A stretch of 63,464 nucleotides of DNA, counting the filler, from Octopus bimaculoides (taxonomy: Eukaryota): the NCBI RefSeq assembly GCF_001194135.2. It is 5 parts of 5 records of this genome, joined end to end, with 100 filler letters (N's around TTAATTAATTAA, not from the genome) between each part and the next. Parts side by side here need not be neighbours in the genome. Positions count along the whole stretch, not along the records: positions 14,150 to 31,548 come from NC_068983.1; positions 31,649 to 56,080 come from NC_068984.1; 3 more parts are not named here. One strand, written 5' to 3'. The notes beneath the pieces are model-generated. The model was given only the letters and a program-made list of their open reading frames with translations. It searched no databases and had not been told where the DNA came from. The position numbers and the translations under genes are program-made. Positions 26,415-39,140 of the stretch are shown one piece after another (the first letter of the stretch is position 1; each line of letters begins with the position of its first letter).

Positions 26415-26700
26415 TCATCATCATCATCATCATCGTTTAACGTCCGCTTTCCATGCTAGCATGGGTTGGACGATTTGACTGAGGACTGGTGAAACCGGAT
26501 GGCAACACCAGGCTCCAATCTAATTTGGCAGAGTTTCTACAGCTGGATGCCCTTCCTAACGCCAACCACTCAGAGAGTGTAGTGGGTGCTTTTACGTGTC
26601 ACCCACACGAAAACGTCCACGCTCGAAATGGTGTCTTTTATGTGCCACCCGCACAAGAGCCAGTCCAGGGGCACTGGCAACGAACTCGCTCGAAAACTGC
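26415..26700 (-). mobile_element. Family D copy in the FBXO45 intron
   Basis: (CAT)n CGTTTAACGTCCGCTTTCCATGCTAGC..GGATGCCCTTCCTAACGCC. Confidence 0.88.
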
Positions 26701-27519
26701 ATGGATAAACTAACATGGATAGAGAAATATATATACATGTGCAAGTCAACATGTAGAAAATACAACTATAAATCAGGATACAAAAGATAAATTTCAACTT
26801 ATAGTTATGAGTGTACATTTGAATCACAAATACATGCTAAAGATTGAGTCAATAACTCAGGAAAAGCAGTGATGCATCGAATATCCACTGATATAGGTAG
26901 TACTGTAGTAAGTAGTCACCTGCATCAAGCTAGTATCCAGGACTAAATTACTCTGCACTTATGTTATGTGTATGTGCAGTTAAAATGAGAAGGGAGTGAA
27001 TTGAATTGTAGCAAGGAGGTGTTGAATTGTAGCAATTGTATTTCTACAATACTAAATTGTAGAAAGGGGATGATAAAAAAGTGTTGGTGAAAGTAAAAGG
27101 CAACAGTTAAAAAGTTTCAGAGGCACTGATATAACATGACAAAATATTAGGTTACAGTGATTTGAATACTGGTTAATGCATAGTTTTTATGTTGAAATAT
27201 GAATTTCAAGTTATTGCTTATATACACAAACAGTACTTAGACAGGATTCAAGAAATAGCTTAGAAGAATATTTATGCCCTTTTATATCCTGAGTTAGACC
27301 AACTCTGCTTTTATCTTTCCAGGGTCAATGAAATATCAATCAAGTATTGGGTATTGAGTTACACTATAGAATGCATTCTAGAATCACTGTATCATCTATA
27401 TCAATCTGACTATCAGATGTCATGCACTGCTGGTTACAATGAGTTTCTAATTCTTTCTTGGTTGTGCTCCCCGCCTTTCCATCTTGGCCCAAATCATTTA
27501 ATTAAATCATTTTCCCCAT

Positions 27520-27672
27520 CATCATCATCATCATCATCATCATTTAACGTCCGCTTTCCATGCTAGCATGGGTTGGACGATTTGACTGAGGACTGGTGAA
27601 ACGAGATGGCTACACCAGGCTCCAATCTGATTTGGCAGAGTTTCTACAGCTGGATGCCCTTCCTAACGCCAG
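27520..27672 (-). mobile_element. 5'-truncated family D copy joined to the RTE fragment
   Basis: Same family D sequence; junction at CCTAACGCCA|GAAACC. Confidence 0.88.
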
Positions 27673-28110
27673 AAACCTTCTGAGTGGCCTTTTCCAATCC
27701 CTTGGATGCCATTCAGGCACTGTATGGGTCCACCTGTTGTCTACAAACCTTGTGATATGTCCAACCCAGCAGAACTTGTACTTTCAGTTCTCTGTGATCA
27801 CATCATTCATTCTGCTCTGTTCTCAAATTATCACTTTTCAGATATGTTCTCGCAATGATATACCTAGCACAGATCTTTCCATGGCCCTCTGCATTGTAGC
27901 CATGCATTGGTTTTCCCTCTTTGTAGTAGCCCACATCCCACTTGTGTATAGGAGCACACATATGATGGTGCCATTGAAGAGACTGGTATGTAAGTTTTTG
28001 TCCAGCTTTGCTTTGTGCACATCTTTTATTGAAGTCAACACTTTCCATCCTACCCTCCTCAAGATTTCAGCAGGCATGTTTCAGTACATATTCACTGTGT
28101 GCCCCAAGTA
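27673..28110 (-). mobile_element. RTE-clade LINE reverse transcriptase C-terminal fragment
   Basis: Encodes LLYTSGMWATTK..MATMQRAMERSVLGISLREHI...WVGHITRFVDNRWTHTVPEWHPRDWKRP, with stops. Confidence 0.8.
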
Positions 28111-28752
28111 GATGTACTTCTTTATCTCCTCAATTTCTAGATACAGATAACAAAAAAACAGACAAGCTACCACTGTTTATTATATTTAATCTTTCCTACT
28201 ATTGCAGTAGTAATTTATGTTTCTGTCAACTTTATTGCATTATACCACTCTATTTAAAAACAAATGTCAAATACATCTCACACATACTCTACTAAGCCAA
28301 TGGTAGAGACTTGGCACATGGTTGACTGACTTGCTAGAAATAATAGCCAAATCTTCCTTAAATTATACCATACTATCTTTAAAAGGAATTCCACATAGAT
28401 CAATGTAATCCGAGATACCATTTTTCACAAAAAAAAAAAAAAAAAGGAACAGTCATAAATTAAATATCTTTGATAAGAACACATAATCTGTAAATTTTCC
28501 AAGATTCCTCTTCTAAAATACTAGTCAAATTAATTCTCACCAAGCCCTCTACAACATTTCAAAATAATATTAACTGAACTAACTTGTGCAATGGTTCCAA
28601 TCCTTCTAGGTTAGTGTGGTACAATGCAATAGCATGATAGAAGGAACAGGTGTGGTAGATCCTAGAAAAAATACAAAGATCGATCTATTGATCGATCTGT
28701 CTGTCTGTCTATCTATCTATCTTACTTATTTACAGACACACACACACATATA

Positions 28753-29958
28753 TATTGGATCATCCCATAAATAATGTGGTTTTTTTCAATTGCATGAACT
28801 AAAAGTCGAAGTGGGACAGAAAAAACTACCTGCATCAACTTGCTATGAAAGCAGGTAGTAATTTTACCTTATTCTTATTCTGAGTGCAAGTTTTGAAAAG
28901 TGCAGTTCAATTTTAACAGTTATTTTTTCAAAGCTACAATGGAAGTGACAAAGGAGCATTTTTGGCATATTTTGCTTTATGAGTTCAATAAAGACAACAA
29001 CACAATGGAAAGTGTGAGGAATATTAATGCAGTTTATGGGGATGGGACAATAAGCATCAACAATGGTTCCAGAAATTCTGAGCTGGAAACTACAGCTAGA
29101 AGACAAGCCTTGTCCTGGAAGATTTGTAGAACTTAACAAGGATGTCCGACAAAACTTGGTGGAACAAAGTCCCATTGTAACTGTTGTGGAACTAGCAGAG
29201 AATTTGATCATTCAACCATTCAGCAACACCTGTGTGCCATTGGAAAAGTCAGCAAATTGGGTTCTTTCCAAGTCTAATTGTGTGCAGAGAATGAATGTGT
29301 GCTCTTCTTTGCTGTCACATCTCACGAATGAACCTTTACTGGACTGAATAGTGATTGGTGACAAGAAATGTGTTCTCTATAAAAATGTCAAGCGCTGAAG
29401 ACAGTGGGTAGGGAAAGGAGAAACACTGGCACCCCAGGCTAAAGAAGGTCTTCACCCATGTAAGGTGTTGTTATCTGTTAGGTGGGATATGAAAGGTTTA
29501 GTCCACTTTGAACTTTTAAACCGAAACCAAACGGTAACAAAGGAGATCTACTGCAAGCAGCTTGAGCGACTTAAGTCAACGCTAGAAGAAAAACAACCAT
29601 CTTTGGTTTCAAGACGAAAAGTATTCTTCCATTAGGATAATGCTTGGCCACATGCAGTGAAGATGACATTCCAAAGGCTGGAGCAGTTTGAATATTCACC
29701 AGACATTGCCCCATCTGATTATCATTTATTCTACAGTCTACAAAATCATTTGGATGGAAAAAATATGAATTCTGTAGATGAGGTCAGAACAGTACTGGAG
29801 GAGCATTTTTTGTCATGGACAAGTGAAGTCTACCAGATATATGGAAGAGCATTGTAGAAAATGAAGGGGAGTATATTTTAGATTAAAAAAGACCTTTGTT
29901 TATCTTAATATTGAAAAATAAAAGAAGTATAAAAAAAAAAACTGCATTATTTAAGGGA
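28753..29958 (+). mobile_element. Near full-length defective mariner (DD34D) in the FBXO45 intron, antisense to the gene
   Basis: Left TIR TATTGGATCATCCCATAAATAATGTGG; partial right TIR ACTGCATTATTTAAGGGA running into an N gap. The transposase relic starts at ATG 28939 (MEVTKEHFWHILLYEF...) and contains IVIGDKK, WDMKG, H*DNAWPH and YSPDIAPSDYHLF, with many stops and frameshifts. Confidence 0.92.
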
Positions 29959-29968
29959 NNNNNNNNNN

Positions 29969-30006
<38 letters not shown>

Positions 30007-30015
30007 AGTTTTTAC

Positions 30016-30091
30016 CTAGGAATTCATAATTTTTTTCAAAGGCTAATGTATTATCTTCACAGTCCAATATAACTCGTATTCTTTCGCCAAC
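30016..30091 (-). CDS. FBXO45: FBXO45/Fsn penultimate coding exon (SPRY domain)
   Basis: Boundaries are TTTTCTTTTATTCTTTCAG|GTTGGC...TTCCTAG|GTAAAA. The 76 nt encode [25 protein letters not shown]+G, matching the FBXO45 motif [26 protein letters not shown]. Phase 0 start, phase 1 end. Confidence 0.95.
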
Positions 30092-30217
30092 CTGAAAGAA
30101 TAAAAGAAAATTATACAGATTTAGAGTAATATATTAATAACTAAAAAATATGAACTGCTATTGTAAAAAAAAATGCTGCAGCTAAGATTTTAAAATGGCT
30201 GAATAATAATAATAATG

Positions 30218-30241
<24 letters not shown>

Positions 30242-30249
<8 letters not shown>

Positions 30250-30454
30250 TGGAGCGTTAGGGCTAATTAAAAAGGGCCTTGATAAGCAGCTCAACAAACT
30301 CGCTTGCAGTGTTAACATGGGAGAACTTCAGAAAATAGTGTTGCTAGGTTCCGCACACATTTTACGCCGTGTACTCTCCATGAGATGAGAACCTGCTGTG
30401 ACTCTAGGGTCAAAGGATGACCCTGGTTCAGCAGAAGACAATGGACCATATCTT

Positions 30455-30455
<1 letters not shown>
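30242..30455 (+). mobile_element. R4/Dong-clade LINE 3' fragment (RLE C-terminus), copy 1
   Basis: Encodes IIIGALGLIKKGLDKQLNKLACSVNMGELQKIVLLGSAHILRRVLSMR* (stop 30386-30388). Flanked on both sides by (AAT)n. Confidence 0.8.
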
Positions 30456-30497
<42 letters not shown>

Positions 30498-30660
30498 GCT
30501 CAGATATCAGGAAACCCCAAAATGGCAGAAATTCAAAAGATAGTACTCATGGGAATTGCCCATATCCTACATAAAATACTGTCTATGTAATCTCAAATTT
30601 TAAAACAAGCTCATAATTTTCTTATGTTGTCTTAAACATTCTCTAGAACACATGCTGTGC
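30498..30660 (+). mobile_element. R4/Dong-clade LINE 3' fragment, copy 2
   Basis: Encodes AQISGNPKMAEIQKIVLMGIAHILHKILSM* (stop 30588-30590), directly after (AAT)n. Confidence 0.75.
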
Positions 30661-30814
30661 TTTATAAGGCATATTAATATTTAAAAAATTTTTCTTGTAG
30701 GTCAAGTGATCACATAAAGTTATGCACTTTACTATGGTGTGTCTGTTCGTATTTTTTACCACAGCTACTATACCAATTATTATTGGCATTGTATTTACAT
30801 TATTTTGCTAATTT

Positions 30815-31220
30815 ATCGACCCAGAAAGGATGAAAGGCAAAGTTGATCTCGGCAGAATTTGAACTCAGAACGTAAAGATGCCATTAAGCATTTTTCCTGG
30901 CATACTAACGATCCTGCCAGCTCACTGCTTTAATAATAATGATAATGTCAAAAAAGAAGCAAAGAAATTGTCGAAGTACAAAACCTTGAAATTGAAGTAT
31001 TGAAAATGTGGGCATGAGGGTAAAAACAATACCAATAATAATTGGAGCATTGGGCATGATAAAAAAATCATATGAACAAAAATGTAGAAGCTATATCTGT
31101 TTCCTCAGATGAAAGGTAAAGTCAATTTTGGCAGAATTTTAACTCAGAATGTAAAAGACAGACGAAATGCAGCTAAGCATTTTGCCTGGTGTGCTAATGA
31201 TTCTGCCAGCTCACTGCCTT
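30815..31220 (-). mobile_element. Two SINE family B fragments (30815-30930, 31110-31220) interleaved with R4/Dong fragments
   Basis: GATGAAAGG(C/T)AAAGT..GGCAGAATTT..ACTCAGAA..CTGCCAGCTCACTGC. Confidence 0.8.
30945..31090 (+). mobile_element. R4/Dong-clade LINE fragment, copy 3
   Basis: With two 1-nt frameshifts it encodes KKLSKYK.LEIEVLKMW.MRVKTIPIIIGALGMIKK. Preceded by (AAT)n. Confidence 0.7.
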
Positions 31221-31548
31221 AATAATAATAATAATAATAATATTTTTAAAAAGGATTGACGTAACTCTTCACGAAGGTAAATAGTCAAGACGAAGAGTGC
31301 GATTTTAGATGTCTTATTTTTTGAACAATATTTTGACAAAACGTCTGTCTTTCTCAAGTTCAAACCAAAAGGTGATTGAAAATTCAAAATTTCAGAAACC
31401 AAACGTAAACTATGAACGTGAGTAACCAGCGTCCATACGTTGATAGAATGACATCATCAGCTTTTGTCAGTTTTTTAATAAGCAGAAAGAAAGAAAGAAA
31501 AAGGAAGACGACAGAAAAAGAAAAGAAAAAGAGAGAAAGAAGAATATT

Positions 31549-31648
31549 NNNNNNNNNNNNNNNNNNNNNNNNNNNNNNNNNNNNNNNNNNNNTTAATTAA
31601 TTAANNNNNNNNNNNNNNNNNNNNNNNNNNNNNNNNNNNNNNNNNNNN
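31549..31648. other. Artificial scaffold linker between the FBXO45 block and the neurexin block
   Basis: 44 N + TTAATTAATTAA + 44 N. Confidence 0.95.
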
Positions 31649-31724
<76 letters not shown>

Positions 31725-32341
31725 GTGTGATTGACAACTATATAATGTAAGATCTCATGGCAATACCCAGGAATATATATTTGATATTTGGTCTACTTTT
31801 CTCAGAAGAAAGAAATGTCAAACGTGAATATTTACAAAAATGAATACAAAACAAGAAAACCAGATCGACAAATGCAACTAAAAATGTAAACTCACCATTT
31901 CGTACATATGTTAAAGTTACGGCATTAGACAGACTATAGTACGAAAAATGTCAGAACGACTTAGTGTTTTAATAAGATAGAGAAAGAAACTAACTGTGTT
32001 GATATGCCTTCAGTTTTGTTTTGTAGAAAAGTGATATGGAGTGTTGGTAAATTTTTACTGAAATAAATGTAAGTTAAAGAGACTGGACAAGACATTTTAG
32101 TTGAGCTGTATTAAAACTGGTGAGAGGTGAGCAGCGTTCGTGTCTTTTCATGTCGGCGTGATTGTGTGTAGCAGACGATAGAATTTCGCCGATGCGCATG
32201 CGTAGAATTAGGATAGGCGTTTCTTTAGAAACACTAGGATTGATGTTGTTTAGCCCTAGGACAGTGTTGCTTAATATGTTTTGCTAAAATTTCTATTTCT
32301 TTTCAGATATCATCAGAAAAAGGTAATTAAAATTCATTAAA

Positions 32342-32910
32342 ATGACAGATCCATCGGACTTTCAAAGAGGTCAAATTGTTGGAGCTCGTATGGGAGGCGC
32401 AAGCGTAACGAAAACAGCCGAAATGTTTGGTGTATCAAGAAGTTGTCTCGAAAGTAATGACAGTCTTTGAGAAAGAAGGAAGAAACCTCCTCGTCGAAAC
32501 AAAACTCCGGAAGAAAACTAAAGCTTTCAGATAAGGACCGTCGGACTCCTACGCGAATTGTTAGAAAGGATCACAAAAGTACAGCTCGCCAAATTACTGC
32601 AGAGCTTAATGACCACCTCGAGAACCCAGTTTCCGCAAAAACTGTTCGCCGGGAGCTGCACAAAGCCAGATTTCACGGGAGGGCTGCAATCAGAAGGCCA
32701 CTACTTTCAAAAACAAATGTTGCAAGAACTGGAAACTGTTTTAGCTGAAGAATGGACAAAAATTCCTTTGCAAACAATTCAAATTTTGTACGAGTCCATA
32801 CTCCGTAGAATTCAAGCTGTAATTATTGCCAAAGGCGGTCCTACCCCATATTAAAATAAATTTGTTTTAAATTTTAAGATGTTTCCATTATTTTGTCCAA
32901 TCGCTGTATA
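32342..32910 (+). mobile_element. Internally deleted Tc1-like transposon
   Basis: Encodes MTDPSDFQRGQIVGAR..ASVTKTAEMFGVS...SGRKLKLSDKDRR...VSAKTVRRELHK...KPLL-like, fused to ELETVLAEEWTKIP...YESILRRIQAVIIAKGGPTPY*. The DDE core is absent. The 3' end TTTCCATTATTTTGTCCAATCGCTGTA is TIR-like. Confidence 0.88.
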
Positions 32911-32914
32911 TACG

Positions 32915-33560
32915 CTGCCCTACCTGTTCCCATGTACACAACTATGTCAATGTCTCTATGTACACCCATATCTGGTCGTACATCTGCGACCGACCGATCC
33001 ACTTCAATGCAGCACTGTCCACTGTCAAAGTCGTAAATGGACAACGATAAGTTTGACAACCCAAGAAATTAATTTAAATCTTTTTGTGTGTTTAGATGGT
33101 TTACAACAAGTCTTCCACGATGTAATTTCATTAACATTTTGTGTCAGTATTTAACTGTTGATCTCTTGTTGGTGTTTTGCTATTTTATAGCTTCCACAAA
33201 CTTTAGCGAAAATTTCAAATTTGATCGTATAAATTTTACGGTTGTTTTTGATTCGAATTTTTTTTCTCATGACTGTATTTAACCACCGTGACGCATTCTG
33301 ACTGAAATCTCATTTTTCATTACAGATCACAACCTCAAATGATTTAGGGTCCTTCTGAGAAGGAGTTCTTTCAACGAAAATATTGGTTTCCTTTATCCTC
33401 TGCCATATGACTTGTGAGTTAAAAGTCAAATTTTTAGCTAATGCTAACTCATTGAAGTTATTTTTTTTTTTCCGATAACAAATTTTTTTTTTTTTATCGA
33501 CGTCTTGATTTTGTGTTTTAACGTTATTCATTTCTTCTCAAGGATTGAAGAGTAGAACTT
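32915..33560 (-). mobile_element. Possible highly degraded Tc1/mariner-superfamily transposase relic
   Basis: Broken peptides (IWQRIKETNIFVERTPSQKDPK; SYKIAKHQ; GRSVADVRPDM..VH) only loosely resemble HTH and pre-catalytic segments. Confidence 0.3.
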
Positions 33561-33684
33561 CCATAAAATTTTTATTCATAGTAATGTAGTTGGGGGTGCA
33601 GTGAAATTATTATTCACCTTACCTAAAAATCCGTTTCTGCGATGTAGGTTGATGCTTTCTTCATGCTTTATTATCTACTCGGGC

Positions 33685-34063
33685 TGTTGTTGTTGGCACT
33701 CCGTCGGTTACGACGTCGAGGGTTCCAGTTGATCCGATCAACGGAACATCCTGCTCGTGAAATTAACGTGCAAGTGACTGAGCACTCCACAGACACGTGT
33801 ACCCTTAACGTAGTTCTCGGGGATATTCAGCATGACAGAGTGTGACAAGGCTGGCCTTTTGAATTACAGGTACAACGGAAACAGAGTGAGAGAAAGTTGT
33901 GGTAAAAGAGTACAGCAGGGTTCGCCACCATCCCCTGCCGGAGCCTCGTAGAGCTTTAGGTGTTTTCGCTCAATAAACACTCACAACGCCCGGTCTGGGA
34001 ATCGAAACCGCGATCCTATGACCGCGAGTCCGCTACCCAAACCACTGGGCCATTGCACCTCCA
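33685..34063 (-). mobile_element. tRNA-derived SINE, family C, full length with (CAA)n tail
   Basis: Head TGGAGGTGCAATGGCCCAGTGGTT.. and tail ..GGAGTGCCAACAACAACAG. Confidence 0.9.
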
Positions 34064-34489
34064 CCTACACGGGCTACTCACGTTGAAATGTTTCATGCAC
34101 TGCAAGGATATCCTAGATTTTCTTTTAGAGCTCTAACAACTGTATACATGCGGATACTCATTACCCGATACGCCTTTTCAGTGTTATCCTTTCCTTTCAT
34201 TAATTTCCATCAATATTATGTATAAAATTTAACATGGAAATGTTTTTTCTTTCTCCTGTCAAAAAATGGTTTGTTCTTTAATGATAGCTTGGAAAAGTAA
34301 GAAAAAAAAAATTATTGTTAATGCGGTTTTAAATTATTTTTTAAGTTGGCTACATTTTGAAGTCCCCTCTGTCGGATCAGATTCATAAAGAGAGAGAGAG
34401 AGAGAGAGCGAGAGAGATATGGAAGTTGAGTAATGTTGTTAGTTGTGATATAAGCCTAGAGTTTCTTGTGGTGGAGACTAGGAAGAATC

Positions 34490-34685
34490 GTTAGTAAGCT
34501 AGGCAATGCTTGGCACCATTTTGTCTGTCTTTACGTTCTGAGTTCAAATTCCGCCAAGGTCGACTTTGCCTTTCACCCCTTTCAGGATCGATAAAAATAA
34601 GTACCAGTTGAGTACTGGGATCTATATAATCAATTAGGTCTCGCCCCACAAAAAATTAGGCCTTGTGCCTATAGTAGAAAGAATA
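34490..34685 (+). mobile_element. SINE family B copy
   Basis: TTCTGAGTTCAAATTCCGCCAAGGTCGACTTTGCC..GGCCTTGTGCCTATAGTAGAAAG. Confidence 0.8.
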
Positions 34686-37179
34686 CCTACGGTTTGTTTA
34701 CATGTTTATCTCCCTTTTCTATAAGAGCATATGGGTAGTTTGACTTTGAAAAAATCTATTAGCATCACAAGGGTTGGAATAACAGTAGCTATCTGTTACT
34801 GTGGCTATTATTTGTCTTTCCGAAGAATGTTTGCAATGTTGAAACGGTGTTAAGTTAACAAGTAAACGGGAAGCATGTCGATAGGCAAATAGAATCTAGC
34901 GCTACGAATTCTATCTTACAAGAAATTATTGCAGTCTTTCGAGGATCACCATTTATAATTTCATCTTGATCCAGAATTGCAGGTTATCATCAAAATAGAC
35001 TGGTCTCAGTCATAACAGTATTTCTCACTCTCATCAATTTGTAGTTGCTAAAAGGTCCCATGTCTTTAGGTTGATTAGATGTGGTCTACTTCATATTGAT
35101 ATTTTCTATTTGCTTTAATTTAGATGCAAGTCTAAAGCTAATTCGTAAATTCAAAGCATCAGTTGCTTTAAGTCCTTCAGCTGAAGATGAAGTCTGTCCT
35201 GCACGTCCAGCGCTTATACAAAGGAAAAAGGAAATTAATACATTACAGCAGAAGAAAATAATAATCTCTATGCTTATATGTAAGTATTTAAAGAATGCAT
35301 CGCTCGTATTAAGGGCATGTAAAAAAGGATGGAGGCTTGCATATATGTGCAAGTTATAAAGTACACCTAAATAATTGGAGAGAGACGTTTACGTATCAAA
35401 TACCGAATATGAAAACCATGATTACAACAGCAAAGGCACCAAGTTTTTTTTTTTTTAAATTGATCTGTTGTGTACTTTATTGGCAATTGGAACTTGATGA
35501 ACAAAGTGCGTAGATTCAAACCCCAAACACGAAAGTATCAATTCATGATCACAAGTAAGCCACAGTCAGGTCATATGAGTCTCGCGTGAACAACTTAAAA
35601 ATCGACCCATCAACTTGAAATTATAATGTGAACAACATCTCGAATGTTCTTGAGATTCATGCCCTTCTTCTCTAGTTAAGCAATTTGGCGCATAAATCAT
35701 ACTAAAACGGTGTTGGCATTCAAGCAGACAGATCTTCCCTCTTGCACAACAAACTAAGAAAACAACTTCAACGCCGGACTCATATGTTTGTCTTTCACCT
35801 TCCAGATAACAAATGACCGAAAAAATGTAGTTAAATAAATTCCTACATACTATTCTTGTAACCAGTAAGGGCTTGATAATTTATATATGCGTACATGCCT
35901 AGTCTTCTATTAATAATATCTGTTATTAAACGTTCTCGAGCTTACTTTTGTTGTAATATATGCAGCCAGCCTGATCTTACATTCGAATAAAACGATGCAA
36001 CATCGGTCTTTCTCACAACAACCCGACTGCGCAAAAATTGTGACTCGATGAAGAAAGGCATGCGATGAGTGTGAGTAATTACTCATTTGTAAATTATGTT
36101 ATGTCCCATCCTCTGAATTCCCTCTTAGTAATAACACGTTTAAAACATGATTTAATTCACACGGCAGAAAATAAATTTCTATAGATCTGAAACACCAAAA
36201 ACCCTCACGAAGAGAAAGAATAAAGACAAAATGCGTAGGATGATGACAATAATACACACACTGTTGCAATGCAACCTGAAAATGACTGACGTTGATAGAT
36301 CGATGACCGATGTCAAGAAATCAAAGTGAATCAACATGAATACGACGGATCTATATTGTCTGTAAGCTCATCACGCAAAAAAGAAAAGAAAGAAAGAAAA
36401 AGCGAAAGAAACACAAGGCCTATAAGAAGCGTCAATGAACGAAGTTTCAAGTAGTTCCAGTGAAACAATCTCAGTGTCGGTGTTCGACGAAAATGTTGAT
36501 TTCTATGAAACGTATTAAAGTTTATCGCAGTGATCAGCTATCGTAGGGGAGACAACCTTCTAGATTAAACGAAAGCGGATTGGAAGTTTCAATTTTAAAT
36601 CAAAGAATAAACAAGGCGCACGGAATATTTGATATTTTCTTTTTGGACATAATATTTTTCAGTTATTGGCGGCCATCGTGTAGCGCTGTCATCTTTGTTT
36701 GCAATCGTCAGTACAGTATAATGCAAGGCAAACAAATTACGCTAGATTAAACATTTTACGAAGCTAGAGAATTCATATAGAGTGAAAATAGTTCACAGTT
36801 TAAAAGGCATTCATGGAATGTTTATTTTTATGTTCTTTTTCATCGTCATAAATCATTAGTTCAGCAGTAGGAGAGAGTGAAATGGAAAATATTTAAAGTG
36901 CATTTATGAACATTTGTCTGTTGTTTTAAATCAGTGTTTCTCAATCATATTTTGCCTAAGGACTCCTTTGATTCTTATTTTGTTCAGGTGGACTCTCATA
37001 CCCATTTGGTGCTTAAAAAATCCTATTATACTTTTATAATTAAATGTTCTTAGGAAGGGAGGTTATTTTTGTTGAAGTCATATAGTATAGTAAACCTTAG
37101 ACTGAAGCTTTGAGATAATATAGATAGATAGATAGATAGATAGAGAGATAGATAGAGAGATAGATAGAGAGATATATAG

Positions 37180-37235
<56 letters not shown>

Positions 37236-38619
37236 GAGGTGTGGGATTGAGGCCCATCGAATGCTTGCATTTTTATTCTCTCATACACCAATACTGTTTG
37301 TATTAACATATATTTATGAATATTCAATTCTAGGTTAACCGATCAAATAAAATAAGAATTCATTATACATACACATATGAATGAATGTATGTGTGCGCAT
37401 ACATTCATATGCAGAGGCATACAAGCACACACAAACACATATAGAAGAAGAAGAAGAATGTTTGGTGGAATAGAAGTATCATTCTTATATATATATATAT
37501 ATATAAAATCGATTTTGTATTTGTTTTGCTAGATCCTTGATGTGAAATTGTGGGTTGAAGTTAATATTTTTGTAGATTGGAAGAGTCATTTTATTAAGAG
37601 GAAACATCATCGATAAGACAGCAACGAAAGGACTCTGACGATCAATCAGTTGATTAGTTGAAAATTGTCTAACTAGTTGAATGATCGGTGACCTGGTGGA
37701 ATCGTTAGAGCGTAGGACAAATAAGGATCTTTACATTCTAATTTCAAATCCCGCTGAGGTAAAATTTATCTTTCATTCATCTGGGATCAATGAAAAATAA
37801 AGTATCCATGAATTACTAGGCCCCATGGTAACGGCTAACTCTCCTCCTCAAATTCGCAGTAAACAGAAAAAAAACAGAAAGAAAGCTTAATTCTGAATTA
37901 GAAACAATTAATTTGGTCGATATAATCGATTAACCTCCCCCAAAATTGGTGATCTTGTACCTAAATTAGAAACAGATGTTGTTGGCGTGTTTTGAAATAG
38001 TCAGACGTGTTTTCATTTCGTTCTTCCAATATGGTGGATTTTGAAGTGAAAGTACGTAAAAGCATATTCTTAAATGCGGTATTTCTTAAAGGAACTGTTG
38101 GAATCTAATTGTTTACAAAACTTTTCCACTGTTTAATTTGTGGGAAAAAATTTTTTTTCGATTACTTGCAAACAAACACAATATTTACAGTGTCTAAAAG
38201 CGCCCCTTCTAAAATAAAATTCGAGCGAAAATAAACACGTTCTTACATACAGTAAACAGAAAAACAGAAAGAAAGCAAAATCAATTACTCAGCAGAATGT
38301 ATTTATTTCACAAGAAAGAAAATAATGAATTTCTGACAGAAAATGCTATCGTTTTGGATAATTCAAACAACACAAATCTCAGTAGCAGCAACGTTTGGTC
38401 AAGCGAATGAAAGTGTGAAAATTGGGAAAGCATTTCAAGCTTCCCTTCTTTCGCTGTTGCTCTATCAAACAGATACACTACAGACAAAAAATACCTGGCG
38501 GAAAATATCTCCGTGGCAGAACAGCACAACAAAGGATAGTGCATCCATACTTCAGTTTCTTATTGAATTGTGATTAAAAAAGAAAATAACTTATTACCGC
38601 ATCTCAAAATCCACAGTAG

Positions 38620-39140
38620 CATTGCTCATGCAATGAGGTCTTCGACCCTTCGGGGCGAATTTGGAGATGATTTACATACCAAAGTTATATACACCGCTTA
38701 AAAGACTTGTAAACAGCATTGGCTGTTAACAATTTAAAATCGTCGACTACACATAACACAAATATGTGATTTGTACAGTCAGCCTAGATAGGCTTCGTAG
38801 GCAGAACTCAATTACTGGAGGCTGAACGTCTCACTCCCAGTTTGTCAAGCTTTCAGAGAGCGAATTAGCGAATTAGTTAAATGGGGTTTGATGGGAGCAT
38901 TTACCAAGAACAAAGGATACTTTATTCTGAAAATGGCGATTAGAGTAGAATCGATAAGGTTTAGTAAGTCTATAGCGATAGAGAAAACTAGAATGGATGG
39001 AGATTTAGTTAAACATTTAGATGAGGCACCGAAGAAAGAAATCACAACCGACGTATTCGCAATGAGATTGGCGTAATTCAATACAAAGCATGAGGAATGC
39101 ATTGCCAGAGTCAATGAATTGCTAGAGCCATGCTCTAAGA
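38620..39140 (+). mobile_element. Degraded Tx1/L1-clade ORF2 fragment (end of the APE endonuclease and following linker)
   Basis: Encodes YWRLNVSL...FRERISELVK...LKMAIRVESIRFSK...; YW(K/R)LNxSL is the post-endonuclease motif of L1/Tx1 ORF2. Upstream frameshifts and stops are present. Confidence 0.65.

Noticed and set aside
31896-31933. Candidate 38-nt exon with a GTGAG donor (and a 37-nt candidate near 49213-49249)
   Set aside because: Not multiples of three, in-frame stops in phase 1, and no similarity to neurexin or FBXO45.
33615-33640. TTTTTAG|GTAAGG possible recursive splice site in the neurexin intron (also TATACAG|GTAGAG at 48950)
   Set aside because: Short pyrimidine tract in the first case and weak donor in the second; expected by chance in 20 kb of AT-rich DNA.
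35081-35359. Overlapping ~90-aa ORFs on both strands
   Set aside because: No recognisable motif; the candidate exon has a stop in the neurexin phase.
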